A stretch of DNA of 63,181 nt, the filler included, from Reticulomyxa filosa (taxonomy: Eukaryota > Protista > Foraminifera), in the NCBI GenBank assembly GCA_000512085.1. It is 23 parts of 23 records of this genome, joined end to end, with 100 filler letters (N's around TTAATTAATTAA, not from the genome) between each part and the next. Parts side by side here need not be neighbours in the genome. Positions count along the whole stretch, not along the records: positions 6,890 to 18,803 come from ASPP01020593.1; positions 18,904 to 20,778 come from ASPP01004673.1; positions 20,879 to 23,028 come from ASPP01005819.1; 20 more parts are not named here. One strand, given 5' to 3'. Positions 10,101 to 22,919 of this stretch are shown here, piece by piece. Position 1 is the first letter of the stretch; every line of letters starts with the position of its first letter. Both the position numbers and the translations under genes were made by a program. The notes beneath the pieces were generated by a model. That model made no database searches and was not told where the DNA came from. It saw only the letters and a list, made by a program, of their open reading frames with translations.

Positions 10101-13100
10101 GTTTGGATTTATTCTCTTTCTGTACGTACGTATACATATATGTACAACCAAATTTTGTTTATTTCTTTTATAAATGCAATGCTTAGCTCCGGAGGAAGTA
10201 AAATATTTGGACGAACTTTTGAAAAGCTTTTGTTCAGGCAATGACAAAAAACATGGTGATACGTCATCGCATTTGAAACGATTGACACATTTGTTGCGAC
10301 GGTGTGTAATCGAAGATGACCTGTTGTCGTCAAAAATCAAAGATAATCAAGATCCTCAATTTCAACAATTATTTATATCTGTAAGTGAAAATGAAGCCAC
10401 AACGACACAGTTTCGATATTGGAACGATTTGCCGGCGAGTGTTCATCGCATTCTATCGAATCAAGAAAGGGACCTGGCTTTGCATTTGAAGATTTTAATT
10501 GTGATGAAGTTTTTATTGGCTGGTACGTCATCACGAAATATCAATTTCAAAAATCCAAAATTGTTCGGGAGCTGTTGTTTTATTTGACCATACAGGCACT
10601 TAATTCATTCAACCAAAAAAAATTTTTGTAAATACAAAAAGAAGAGATTGCAATTAAATCAGGATATCAATAAATTCTGTTTGTTAAAATGGGTTTGGTT
10701 TAGGAAGAAGAAAAAGGTGATATGAGATCCCTTTATCTCGGCATGGATTTGATGCGCGATCGTCAGCGATTGTTTGGTTTAATCTTTTTTAGTGATTTCT
10801 TTGAAAAGCATTGCCAACAGAATGATCAATGGTCACAAACCGAACATTCAAATATGTGGCGTGTCAAGTCGATTGAAGATTGGTTCCAATTGCACGTCTG
10901 CACTCCGAGCATGTGGCTCACCGTTCAACAATTGTACCAAAAGTACAAACCAGCAATGAAAACAATTGGAAGCGATGCCATGGCCAAAGTCGTGAAAATG
11001 CTATTGAATTTGCTTAATATGGACATGTTCCCGATCATTTCTGTCAGAACAAGTTATCTTCATATCGCAATATCAATGATATTATTTTGTGTGCGTAGTT
11101 TGTATCAACTTGTTGATAGCTCTATTTTTTTTAAATGTTTAATAAAGAACCCAAAGATGCGACGACTCACGCAGAACACGAGGATTTCTTCTCCGGGTTT
11201 CGAATGGATCCCACAACGAGAGGCAGAAGCGAAGGAGTGAACTTTGTTTCGTCAAAATCGTCGGGCAAAACAAAGGAAGAGACACTGCAAGCAGAATCGA
11301 ATGATAACATCGTCCAGCAATTAGAGTTGTTGTCGAAACATTTGATATCATTGGGACTAGAGCACAAACAGGACCGATGTGTGGTGTCGTTGTGTCTCCG
11401 AGAGAAGTATGAACGATACCAAGCCCAAATGCGACAATACCAAGAATTCCAGCGTAGACAAAAGGCATCATCTCCGACCGGAAACGACCCTGACAAAGCC
11501 GATTCAAAAACAGGCAAGTCATCAACGAGATCCAGTGGTCGCGCTTTTCGTGCAAGACTAGTGCAGGTTCCATCCAAGTTAAGAGAAATTCCTTCCAACT
11601 GTGATATCTGTCTGTAACTATTGAAAAAAGGAAATTCTTTTTTTTGATTTTTCCTCCTCTATTTCTTTTCTAACGAAATAATATTTTTTTAAAAAAATAG
11701 TCGATTTGCGGGACTTGAACATGACGAAATCCTAAACCGATTTGCAGCTCCAACGGAAGCAGAAAGCAGTGAATCATCGCCCTCGCATGGGTATGATAGT
11801 AGAGGGTCATTTGGAGGCTACGACGAAGATATGCCTTCCGCGCCGCTGCCACATCAACGCTGGAATGTGAAGTTGCCCGCGCTGCGGACCGTTGGCGATT
11901 TGTGCGACATATTTTTGGAGCGATACACCAATTTACGACAAATTGTACACACCAATCCTATGGATGTGCTTAAGGAAATTCACAAGCTATTTGAAACCAC
12001 TACGACGTCTACGGACAATGCCGACATTCACTCTCTTCCTAACGAACCCCCACTGAAAAAGAGGAAACACACTTCCGAGGACGAGCTGCTGCAAATTCAA
12101 AGCAATCGAATAGTAAAGGAAACAGGTACTATTTTGTTTGATAAAGGGGAGGAAGAGGATGTTATAACACTTTGATTTTTTAAATTTTTAATTTTATTTT
12201 GTTTCGTTTCGATTTAAAAATGAAAGAGCCATTCAAGGGTAACGAAGACTATCAAGAAGTGCAAGACCTTACCATTGAATCACAAGATACAGCTAAAGCG
12301 ACCAGTACAAGAATGCCTCCGGCCATCGAGAAACCAGTGTACAATAAAACGAAAGAGTTTGATTTGCTGTGGGGAGGCGACCAATTGATAATGAATTGCG
12401 ACAATACACATATGGCCCATCACTTATCGAATGCTCGTTTCCTGTCCCTTTGAAAATGGAAGACCATTTGTCCGCATCTGCGCAGTCCATTCGAGCCGCT
12501 CAATTGTTACAAGTGAGACAAAACAAAATTATTTAAGTGCAGTTATTTGTTTCTTTTTTTTTTTTTTTTTTGTTGTTGTTCGTTTGTTTGTTTGTCTGTT
12601 TTTGTTTTTGCGATTTTATTTGTTGCACAATAAATATTCGAAAAGTACGCGCCATTGCAAACAACATTTGTTTGTTTGTTTGGTTGATTGGTTGATCGAA
12701 TGTAAATGTAACATGGTAGAATGGGCTGGAGTTGGTGGTGACTTTCAATGGCGTGGAACTCCCCAAATACTTGACACTGTTGGAAGTGCTGATGATTTTG
12801 GAATACGGTCATTTGTTTTATGAAAAAAATAAAGAGACAAACAACACTTTCGTGTCCACGTGGTCGGGCACATGGATGTGGCAAAAATATCTAGACGACC
12901 TCTTCTCCAAACCTAAGCATGGTTTGGAAGGACGCCACGTTGTTCATCAACCCAAGTATTTATTTATTTCTTCCATATATGTATGGATATGGTAACTAAA
13001 ATAGCAATGGCACTTTTTTTTTTTTTTGCAAATTGAAAAGGTTTCAACTCTATTATCGTTGGAGACAATCGCAACGAGGATCAAACACATTGACGGACTC

Positions 13101-16100
13101 AAAGCCAACGAGTGCATCAAATTGTGCGGAAAAAGCAAACGGCCACCAAATCTTCAATCTAAGCAAGAGTCGTGCGTTGGACGGCTTCTCTCGCGTTCAA
13201 ATGAAGCGTCGGGCGAATGTGGCGGAATCCAAGCAGATATTGGAGCAAAGAGCAAATGAAAAAGAGATGAAAGACTTGGAAAGACAAGACACCGACGACG
13301 TGGACATTATTTTGACTTCATCGAAAGACCACAGCCGAACTCGCAGTCGAAGTCACAATCAAAGTCGAAATCGGAGTCGAAGCAAAAGTAGTGGTCATGT
13401 TACCACAAGTGACAACTATGAACACGAACGAAAAACAAATGAGCCTTTGTATTATTCGCAAAGATCTTTTTCACCTTCCTTCACTCCTATCGAACATGCG
13501 AGCACAGACACATTTTCGCCGTGGCGTGTCGACTCTGTTCATGCGGCCATGACAGGCGTGAAACGCAATTACAGAGAAATGATTTCGGACAAAGATATAT
13601 ATGACCATATCCATCAGTTAAAAAAAAAGACTTACAGACAGTTGGACATCCTTGCGCACATATCGCCATCGCTTAGACGATGCACAAAGTGGTGCTCTAT
13701 TAAGAGCGAAAAGTGCAAGTCTGCTTTCCCACAGAGGGAGGACACAGGCTTTGAGGATGAATACAAGACGCTCAGAACAAATGCAGAAGCAGAGGCAGAG
13801 GCAGAAGCAGAAGCAGAGGCGACGATGCCCATCTATAAAAAAGATAAGCATACGCAACATGTGCTGAAGCTGTTGAAATGGATTCATTTGTTCAATGAGG
13901 AGTGGTATACGTTATTTGAGTTTGACGCTAATGTCAAAATGGACGATACGTTAAGTGAGGAGGAAAAAAAAATGTGGATAATTTTATAATGATATGTATA
14001 CGTGCATGTATATATGTGCGGACCTGTGTGTGTGTGTGGAAAGGATGAATGTAGAGCAGATATCATTGATGAAGTTTCCAAAAATGCATTTATTTGAAGA
14101 GAAAAGTGCAGAAGTGTTTTATGATACGCAGTTGATTTCTCGGGTGCAAATGCAACTGCAAGAACCAATTCCGGTGCTATCTGGCTATGTGTTTGGCAAC
14201 AGTAGCAAGATTAGTCCGAGCGTTTCGAATGAACATTGGTGTGCATCGCTGTTGTGCGAATATTCGTTTTTGTTTCCTTTGAAGATAAGACAACTGTCAA
14301 TTGATTTAAATACCGGATTCAATGGAGCGAAGCAGTGCTATGCCAACCTATTGGAATACTTGGGAATGAATGGAAGAGGGATATTGGGTCCACCACGAGG
14401 ATTGCAACGTATGTTTTGTCTACACTGATCCCCACACAAAACATCAAAATTTGTCGAACATTGTATATAACATAAACGAAACGAATGAATAAATCATACA
14501 AACCACAAAAAGGTACGACGAGCAGCGCATCACTAATTGACATGCACCAGACGCAACACAGTATCAGTGAATTTGACCCAGAGCTGGAAAATGTCTTGCT
14601 AGGTAGGCCTGGAGTGAAATCAATTGCCGTTCCGAGGGATAATTGTTTGGAATATGCCGTGCAATTGTTTATGAACTTGAAGAGATTGTCGCCCCATTTG
14701 CGTGAGTTGCATCAACCTGGATCTTCGTTTTCATTTCGCAATACATCAGAAAAAAAGCGAAGAGAGGGATTGTTGGTGGTTCCGGCATTGTTCCGAAAGG
14801 ACCAATATGGAGATGATATGGGGGACGAGTTAATTCGATTTATTTGCAATACACATTGAAATAAAAACAAATAAATAAATGAATGAATGAATAAATAAAC
14901 AAACATCAGACATCCTCGGTCCGTCACACAAGGTGTGAGCGATCAACATTACGACTTCGATGCGTTTACATCTTATTTTCGTGACAGTCAGTTGCGAATT
15001 CAATTTGAAGGTGACGACGGAGTTGGAACTGGGCCAACCATGGAATTTTTCACGATTACGGCGAATGAATTAAGCCGATGTGATTTTCAATTATGGCTCG
15101 ACAATGACACACACAATACTAGTCACAGGGAAGATATGTTGGCGATAATTGACGATGTGGTTACTAAGAGCAATCGATCGCATGGACCGAAGAAATCTCA
15201 GTCGGGAAGGAAGAGCAGGTTCGATGTTGGTCCAGATTCGGCAGATAAAGCCAAAGAGATCAATAACGATTATGAATTGGTTGTATTTGGATTGCTGCGA
15301 TGTGAGGAATGCACGTTGCTCCAAGAGTGTCTGACCTGTCCTACACATCCAACTCAACTGCTCACAATGTATACTTGTGTCAATGACCAGAAAGATAAAG
15401 TGAGGCCATATGTTTATTTGTGTTGATATATATATCTTTATGCCACGGTTGTATTTCATTTCACACATTAACAAAATGGACAATTAAAACATTTGTTGTT
15501 TGTCGCATCACTCAAGGCTAGAGTCATTGGTATTCATGATGCCAGTCAAGGATTTCATTGTCCACATCCAAGTGGATGCAATTTCGTTTATAATTACTCC
15601 AAAAAAAGTATGCTTTGCTTATGTATTTTTTTTTTCATATACTTCTCTCTCTTTCTTTGTGTTTGAAGCGTCCTTTTTTTTCCGTCGCACAGATTGCGCA
15701 TTTTGCGGCCATATATTGCAGCAATGGGTCCTGCCAACGCCCCGTGGAGCGCTACTTCGTGCAACGAATAGTTTCCCGTTTGACAAAGTTAGCTGTTTGC
15801 CCCATTGCATTTTGCAATGCCGTTGCTGCCACACAATGAATTTTTCAGTGGTGAATTCCGCCAATGACTCGACGATGCGCTCTGCTGTAAACAGTGGGCA
15901 AGCGCAATGCGAATTTGTTTTGTATTGTCATGGTGGATTCTACAATGGAAATGGCGACTATTTGCCCAATCAAGTGATTCGAAGAGAAATCTTTTCTCCC
16001 TTTCATGCTCTGCCATGGTATACTGTCTTTTCCATACGTCTTGTCCGTTTTGTTCACAATGTCTTGTACCAACTAAACTGACTCTTTTTTTTTTTTTTTG

Positions 16101-17818
16101 TAATATGTATGTGATGTGTTGTGTTGTATATGTGCATATTTTGATTGTTGTTGCATAGCTGTAGCAGTGATGATGTCCAAATTGTGCCTGTATTGCTGAC
16201 ATCTCAATTCATGAATCAACTCAAAACTTTGGCGGCAGTTTTCTATCATTTATGTGTTTATTTATTTTGAAATAGTGCATATATACTTTTGGATGGTGTG
16301 TTTGCATTTGTATTTTTGCGAATGGGACCAAGTCCTTGCCGACCACAAATATTCGCAATTATCAAGAGTTGTTGGCATTAACAAGCGCTCGCACGCGTAT
16401 GGATCGAGAGAAAATGACGCATTTGTCGTCCCACAACGAGATCGTGCCGTTCTTACACTCTTCTTTGTCGCAAAAAGATGCGATGGACTTAGATTGCAAA
16501 TCGGAGCTGGAACATAAAGAAGAGCCAAAGCCAAGTCCAATGGAAATAGACGATGCCAAGGACGTGACCGGCAGCAAATACGTTCGAAGTGAGAGCATAT
16601 ACGTCCGTCCAATCGATAATGAGTTTGTGCCATTCAATAGTGTGTTGCAATGCGACGACGATTTTTACGAATTTTTGGGGAAACTCTCTGTGATGTCATT
16701 GACAGAAAATAAGCGATTGCATTTGCCAATGTCCCCCATTTTGTTTAAAAAATTGTTAAACACGACCTCGTGCAACAATGTGTGTCAAGCCTCTCAATTT
16801 GGATTTGAGGACTTGCTTTACATTCATCCAAATATTCATTATGTCTCGTTATTTTATCGTTTGTTGAAAATTGCCCAAAAAAAAAATCACTATGCAATGT
16901 ATTGCGGCGCTGACAGCAACCGCGGAAGTCACAATGACACGAGTGAACACGTGCAACTGAGAGACTCGTTTCCTAATTATCAGGACAATTACTTGACAAA
17001 ATGGTACGAAAAAGCAAATGCATGGATTGAATCGCTGTACTTGATGTGTGACACCCCGTTGCTTGGCCTTCCGTTGCGTGAATGCCGCAGTCAAGGCCTT
17101 TCCAATTTGAACTTGCAAAGTTTGGAGCCATACCTCCACGGAATTATTGAATTTTATTTTGGTTATGGAGTTGAAAAGCAAGTACGTATTCCCATCTTGT
17201 TTTTCATTTCTATATTGGAATACATAACGTTATCACATTGCCAAATACATATGAAGAAACACCTTTTTGCTTTGTGTACTGCTTTTTTGATAGATATCTT
17301 CAATCATTCACGGTATGAAAACACTCTGGTTGGCAAATTCCTTTGATCCGTGCTTTGTGCCATTTACTCACAAAGAAATGCATTTGATGGTAAATGGTGA
17401 ACTGTTTAAGCCTTGGAACATCGATTATTTGCAAAAAAACGTACGCATTAGAAGTTCACAACTTTCCAGCGACGCATTACCGAATCAAAAAGATACACTG
17501 CTCAACAAAACCATACAACTTTTATTTGAAATTTTGTCGGAATTGAATCAATCCCAACAAAGCAAATTTATCCGCTTCCTGACCGCGTCACCTTCATTGC
17601 CAATTGGAGGATTAACTGCCTTGGATCCGCCATTTACAATAAGTGTTTCACAAATTAGTAGCAACAATAACACCAATGAAGCAAACATGGAATGGCCCAG
17701 CACCAGTACTTGTCAGCATACCCTAAGATTAACCCACATGTTCCAAAACAAAGAAATTTTAAAAGAGAAATTACTGAAAGCCATGGACATCTGCCAAACA
17801 GGGTTTTTCTTGTCATAA
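7110..17818 (+). CDS. Large multi-exon HECT E3 ubiquitin ligase, TRIP12/UFD4/UPL3-like; 5' partial
   Basis: EYSFLFPLKIR; LRIQFEGDDGVGTGPTMEFF; EFLGKL..MSL...KRLHLPMS; FIRFLTASPSLPIGGLTALDPPFTI; catalytic WPSTSTCQH; ends GFFLS*. Upstream same-strand exons (7.1-14 kb) are assumed to belong to the same gene; the 5' coordinate is approximate. Confidence 0.85.
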
Positions 17819-18903
17819 TTGATATTGTTTTTGTTTGTTTTTTTTGGCGCTTTAAAAAAAATTAAAGTTTCATTAGTATTTTCCACGTTTGGGATACTGT
17901 CCCGTTTGCCAAAAAAAGTCTTTTTTGTTTTGTTAATTTAATCATAAAGACTACTGTTGGGCCAAACAAAAACTACCAATATAATGACATGTTTGTGATT
18001 CAAAAAAATCTTGACCCAAACCCAATTTGATACAAAATATTATGTTTAGAAATTGTGGTTAAGACAAACTTCTTGAAGATTGACTTGAAAATTCAAGATT
18101 TGATCATCAAAATAGATTAAGCAGTTACCAGAAAAATAAGAATTTTTATGACAATATTAAAATGAAACCTTGTGAAGGTCAACAATTTTCTATTTGAAAG
18201 TCAATAACAAGTACCAAAAAAAGTATTGGCAAATTTATATAATAAATTCATTCCAACAATGAACAAATAAGATTTAAAAGTAAAAGAACTGACACCAATT
18301 AAAAAAAATTAACTGTGCAGGACAAGGCCATACTGTCTTTGACAAGTTTCAAATGAACATTAGAATTCACTTCTCACAAACTTACTAACTATCTTTACTT
18401 ACTTTGTGACTTTCTGCTTCGTTTCTTTTTCTCTTTAATTTAAAAAAAATTGGGACAAATTAGATTTCGATGACAAGTCGAAATATGTCAGTGTAAAAAT
18501 TGGCGAGACAAAGACAGGGGATTGCCAACCAATATGGGGAATGTCAGTGCAAGAGCATATCAAAAACATGAGAATTACACGTGCTTTCACGATCTCCCTT
18601 TGTCGTCGTTCGAATTAGAATTTCGAGACAAGTGTCCATCAATCATCGTCTTAAATGTTCAAATTAAACATATTAATATATACATATATGTATATAAATA
18701 CTTGGAAGCAATAATAATTTGCTATTAATTACTAATTATTAGCGTATTTAATTTAAATAAATTTCAGATTAAATATACTTTAATTGCTTTGCATCAAAGC
18801 CAGNNNNNNNNNNNNNNNNNNNNNNNNNNNNNNNNNNNNNNNNNNNNTTAATTAATTAANNNNNNNNNNNNNNNNNNNNNNNNNNNNNNNNNNNNNNNNN
18901 NNN

Positions 18904-20052
18904 GGGGTTTTTGTGTTGTCCATATCAACATCCACATAATTTGACCAAAAGATATCCAGAGACCCATAGCACTGAGATTTGAGGACCATGTGCACCTGGT
19001 TAGCCATTAATTTCAACGTAGCGGTATTCTGTTCCAAGGGCAAGTAAATAAACTTCTTTTTATTTCTGGAGTCAAATGACACGTCATATTCGGGGACATT
19101 TGGAGTTTGATTTCGACATTAGAGCCAAGTTCTTCGATTAGAGACTAGCTGTTATTCACCGGTGCCTTGCCTCCAATGGCTTTATCATCGTATTCGGAGT
19201 AAGTCGAAAATATTGTGCCATTCCCTTTGTTTTGCATTTCCTTCGAAAGAATAGCCAGAGACGTCACTCTCAAATATTTTTGGAGTTTCGAGCGTCCAAA
19301 TCATTTCTTTCTTTCCAGGATTGTATAATCTATATTCTCCCCCCAATAGTTCAACCATCCATTCAAATACAAGCAAAGAAATTTTTTTTTAAAGAAAAAA
19401 GTTTGAAGCTCCTTTTTTTTTTAAAAAAAAGTAAGAGTGTACACACATGCATATATACAAATATAAATATAAATACAAATATATTTATGTTTATGTATGT
19501 ATATATTATACGCACAATGATCTTTTTCGGCCAGCAAAACACTGGACTGGAAAGGGACAGAAATATTTTGGACAAGATCGGAACTGTGAAGAATACTTTG
19601 AACATTAACAGGCTCCATTTTTTATTTTTTTATTTATGTTTTGAAATGGTTTCGCCGTTTTCACTTGGTTTTTAATGCAAACACCGCAATTGATTCAAAG
19701 TATATCTTGTCTTCCACCTCTTTTTTTGGCTTCACAAATATTATTTTCATTGCCTCTTCCAATGCTCGTTGGTTCATTTTGTGCTCTTCTTTTTGCTCGC
19801 TGTAACTTATCTCTTGCACTTGTCCATCCTTTCACTTTGCGCCCGTTTCTTCTCTCGACTCCATATAAGTCTTTGAAAGGCCAGAAATTCTTGATGTACC
19901 TTCGAGTCACTTGCTACCAAGTCATTAAAAAATTGCCGTACGTCCGTGTAATGCTCTTAGTTTTGCTGTCAAAAAAGATTAGATAAGACAGTCAATGCAT
20001 TCTTTCTGATGATGATGAGTCTGTTTTCTTAATGTTCAATAGATTTTCCATG
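18904..20052 (-). pseudogene. Intron-containing pseudogene of unknown family
   Basis: ATG near 20052 followed by coding-like segments broken by in-frame stops and frameshifts, with intron-like AT/TA tracts between them. Confidence 0.35.
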
Positions 20053-20878
20053 GTGATATTTGTTTTTTCGAAAATGAAGTTGAATTTTAGAAATGAGTTT
20101 TTCTTTGTCAGTTTTAAAGACTGATTGACCAAAAAAGATACACCAAAAAGAAAATGTAGCACAATGTCAAATAAAACTCTTCAAAGAGATGAATTCCTAA
20201 TATACAGAAGCACACAAAATATTTCAGAAAAAACTAGACTTGAAAGCAATGTGGCAATACAAAAGGCGGAGTATTGATATGTTTCGGAAAAAATATCGTA
20301 CTTCTGTGTTTAAAATAACAGACGTAAGCTGGTAAATATGTACTACTGAAGATAATCTGAACACAGCAGGAGGGGACAAGAAGGAAAAAAAAATGATATT
20401 GATAATCATCAAAATGAAATTTGGCAAAGAGACTCCATCTGAATGATGATACTTCTAATATATCAAAGTTGGAACTGTCATTTCTGGTAGTTATTTTAAG
20501 TGAAAAGAGGGAGAGATCACTAGCCACAAGGTGTTCAATACTAAGACGGACCACATTGTTGGTTATCATTCGTAAAGTCTTGGCGCCACGTGATATATTT
20601 TTTTTTGTTTTCGGGATGCTTGATCAGAATCAGTACTTATTCCATCATTCAGAAGCCATTGTATTATTTCTTGATTTTTTACAAACCTTTTTTTTTGTTT
20701 TTCCCCTTTTTGCAATACATGACCGATGTTAACAGTTGGCCGATCAAACGGTCACAATTTTATTGTGTATTACAATGANNNNNNNNNNNNNNNNNNNNNN
20801 NNNNNNNNNNNNNNNNNNNNNNTTAATTAATTAANNNNNNNNNNNNNNNNNNNNNNNNNNNNNNNNNNNNNNNNNNNN

Positions 20879-20915
<37 letters not shown>

Positions 20916-21014
20916 ATTTAATGTTACACTAAATCACAACCCTAAAAAAAAAAATGATGAAAAAGATCTTGGTGGTGGTGTTGGGGGGGGGGACACATGG
21001 GGTGAATGAAATAG

Positions 21015-21576
21015 ACAAAAAACTGGTGGTGGTTGTATCAGTTTGCTGTTAGGGCCTTAGATGATCAAAACCGCGTGGAATATATGAATGATTTATTTGA
21101 CGAAATCGAACGCAACAATTGGACCGAGAAAGATTTCGCTAAACTAATTCTCACGTATACTCCAGCGGTCCGCGGCCCCACCCTCAAACGTTTAATTGCT
21201 CGCAGAGACAATACAGACATTTTTGCACTTGTTGATAAAATGTTTGACGATTATGGCACCAAATTGATCAAAATGCCTCTGGTTACTCTTTCTCTTTTTT
21301 TTTTTACATTAAAACATTTACCTTTTTTTTTTTCCTTCCATGTGTGTGTGTGTGTGTTTTTACGTGCCGTGGGAACGACGGACTAAAATAAAATTACAAT
21401 AAACTTGTTTGTATTAGAATTGGTTCGAGGAAATCATAAGACTGGAAAAGAGAGATACGGAACTTGTTAGATATTTGTGTGATATCCTGGAACCATCTCC
21501 AATGAAGAGTCATCACGAACTATTGAACAAGGTCAAGAAATACTGCAGCGGCAGTCTTCGAACTGCCTCAGTATGA
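21015..21576 (+). CDS. 3' two exons of a hypothetical protein (21015-21281, 21418-21576)
   Basis: In-phase GT-AG intron gives ...KLIKMPL|NWFEEIIRLE...RTASV*. Confidence 0.6.
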
Positions 21577-22334
21577 AACAGCGTAGATTTTTTTTTTTCC
21601 CGTTGTAATGCCACCTTATTGTCAATAAGTTTTACTTTTTGGCTGAATTGTGAAATGTCCATCCCCTACAAGATCTTAGAATGTCACAAACTACCCTCAT
21701 CTTCTTATTCTTCTCCCCTTTCTTTTCCTTCTTCCCCCTCCTCCCCTTTTTTTCAATAATAACAAATTTGTAATAAAGCTCTGGAACACTTCATCGAAAG
21801 AATGCATGTGTGAGTTCAAGAGACAAAAATGGGGAATATCTCCAGTTCTTTGAACTTCTTTCAATCCTTCGGAAAAAGTGCAATGTGTTTTTGTAGTGAC
21901 CAGCTTTTTTTTCCCCCACATTTTAGATATTTTTAATCCACAGCTATTGCTTCAGTCTGGTGAAGCTTTAGGAAAAATAATAAATGTTCTCCCTTGACGA
22001 TAGTTGTCCCTATTGAATTTTGTTAGATAGATTTTTTTGCAATGGGAATATTCTTATTTTTCTTTTTATGAGATTGTCTTGTTTGTAATCGATATTTTGA
22101 TCTATCTTATGTCTCTTGTTAAATTGTGTGGAAATCCCTTAGAACATTTTTCAAATTGTGTTTTAATAGGATTGTAAAGTACATTTGATTAAAACACATA
22201 TTTTTGCTCGACCGTAAAGCTTTTATTTTTACTCCATTTAATTTGCACAAAAAAAAAAAAAAAAAAAACAAAGAATTCGACAGTGATTTTAGACACACTA
22301 AAGTTTAAACTATATACATTGTCTTTGTGTGCAA

Positions 22335-22919
22335 TTAATCTGTCGCTTCTTGTATCCATTGAATGGCAGCATGGAACACAGCCAAATAATATCCTGGCTC
22401 TGCATTTTGTTGAGTGGGATCGACTAAGCCTTCCAACAACATCAAATCACTAGCCTTCAAAACCAAAGATTCGGAAGATGCTTGGACTACTACATATGTC
22501 AAAATCTACCATAATCGCAAAAGCAATACCAAAGTTGCAAGAACAAAAAAAAAAAGATGTAATAATATTATATATATGTATATATATATATAATATGTAT
22601 ATGTAGTAACTGGTAGGATATCGTCTCCTCCAATGTAAGTATCATCAAATTTTTTGTCCGAGTCATTTTTGATTCTTTCTTGCAATTCTTGTTGAAACGA
22701 AATATGAACTGCCTTAGCCGTGCTTACAAGAGCAAGAAGTTTTTCTAAAGGTAAATCGCATTTTCTCACAGCAGATAATTCGTATACAGCAGTTGCCCAG
22801 TTTTCAGCACTTTGCAGTTCATCCTTGATGCCAAAGTAAGATTGAGAAAACGTACTTAGTCGCATTGCTTTGTCTTGAATTTTTTCATTTTCCGTCTTTG
22901 TTTGGGTCTCGCAAATTTG
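22335..22919 (-). CDS. VPS9-domain Rab5-family GEF, 3' exons (22611-22919, 22335-22505)
   Basis: AVYEL..V.KCDLPLEKL, IGGDDILP|ILTYVVVQA, EPGYYLAVFHAAIQWI: the VPS9 catalytic D and EGYY motifs. Confidence 0.88.

Noticed and set aside
18904-20052. Alternative genetic code (stop-codon reassignment) to explain in-frame stops
   Set aside because: Broken genes also contain frameshifts, while intact genes here have stop-free exons and terminate with TAA, TAG and TGA; pseudogenisation is simpler
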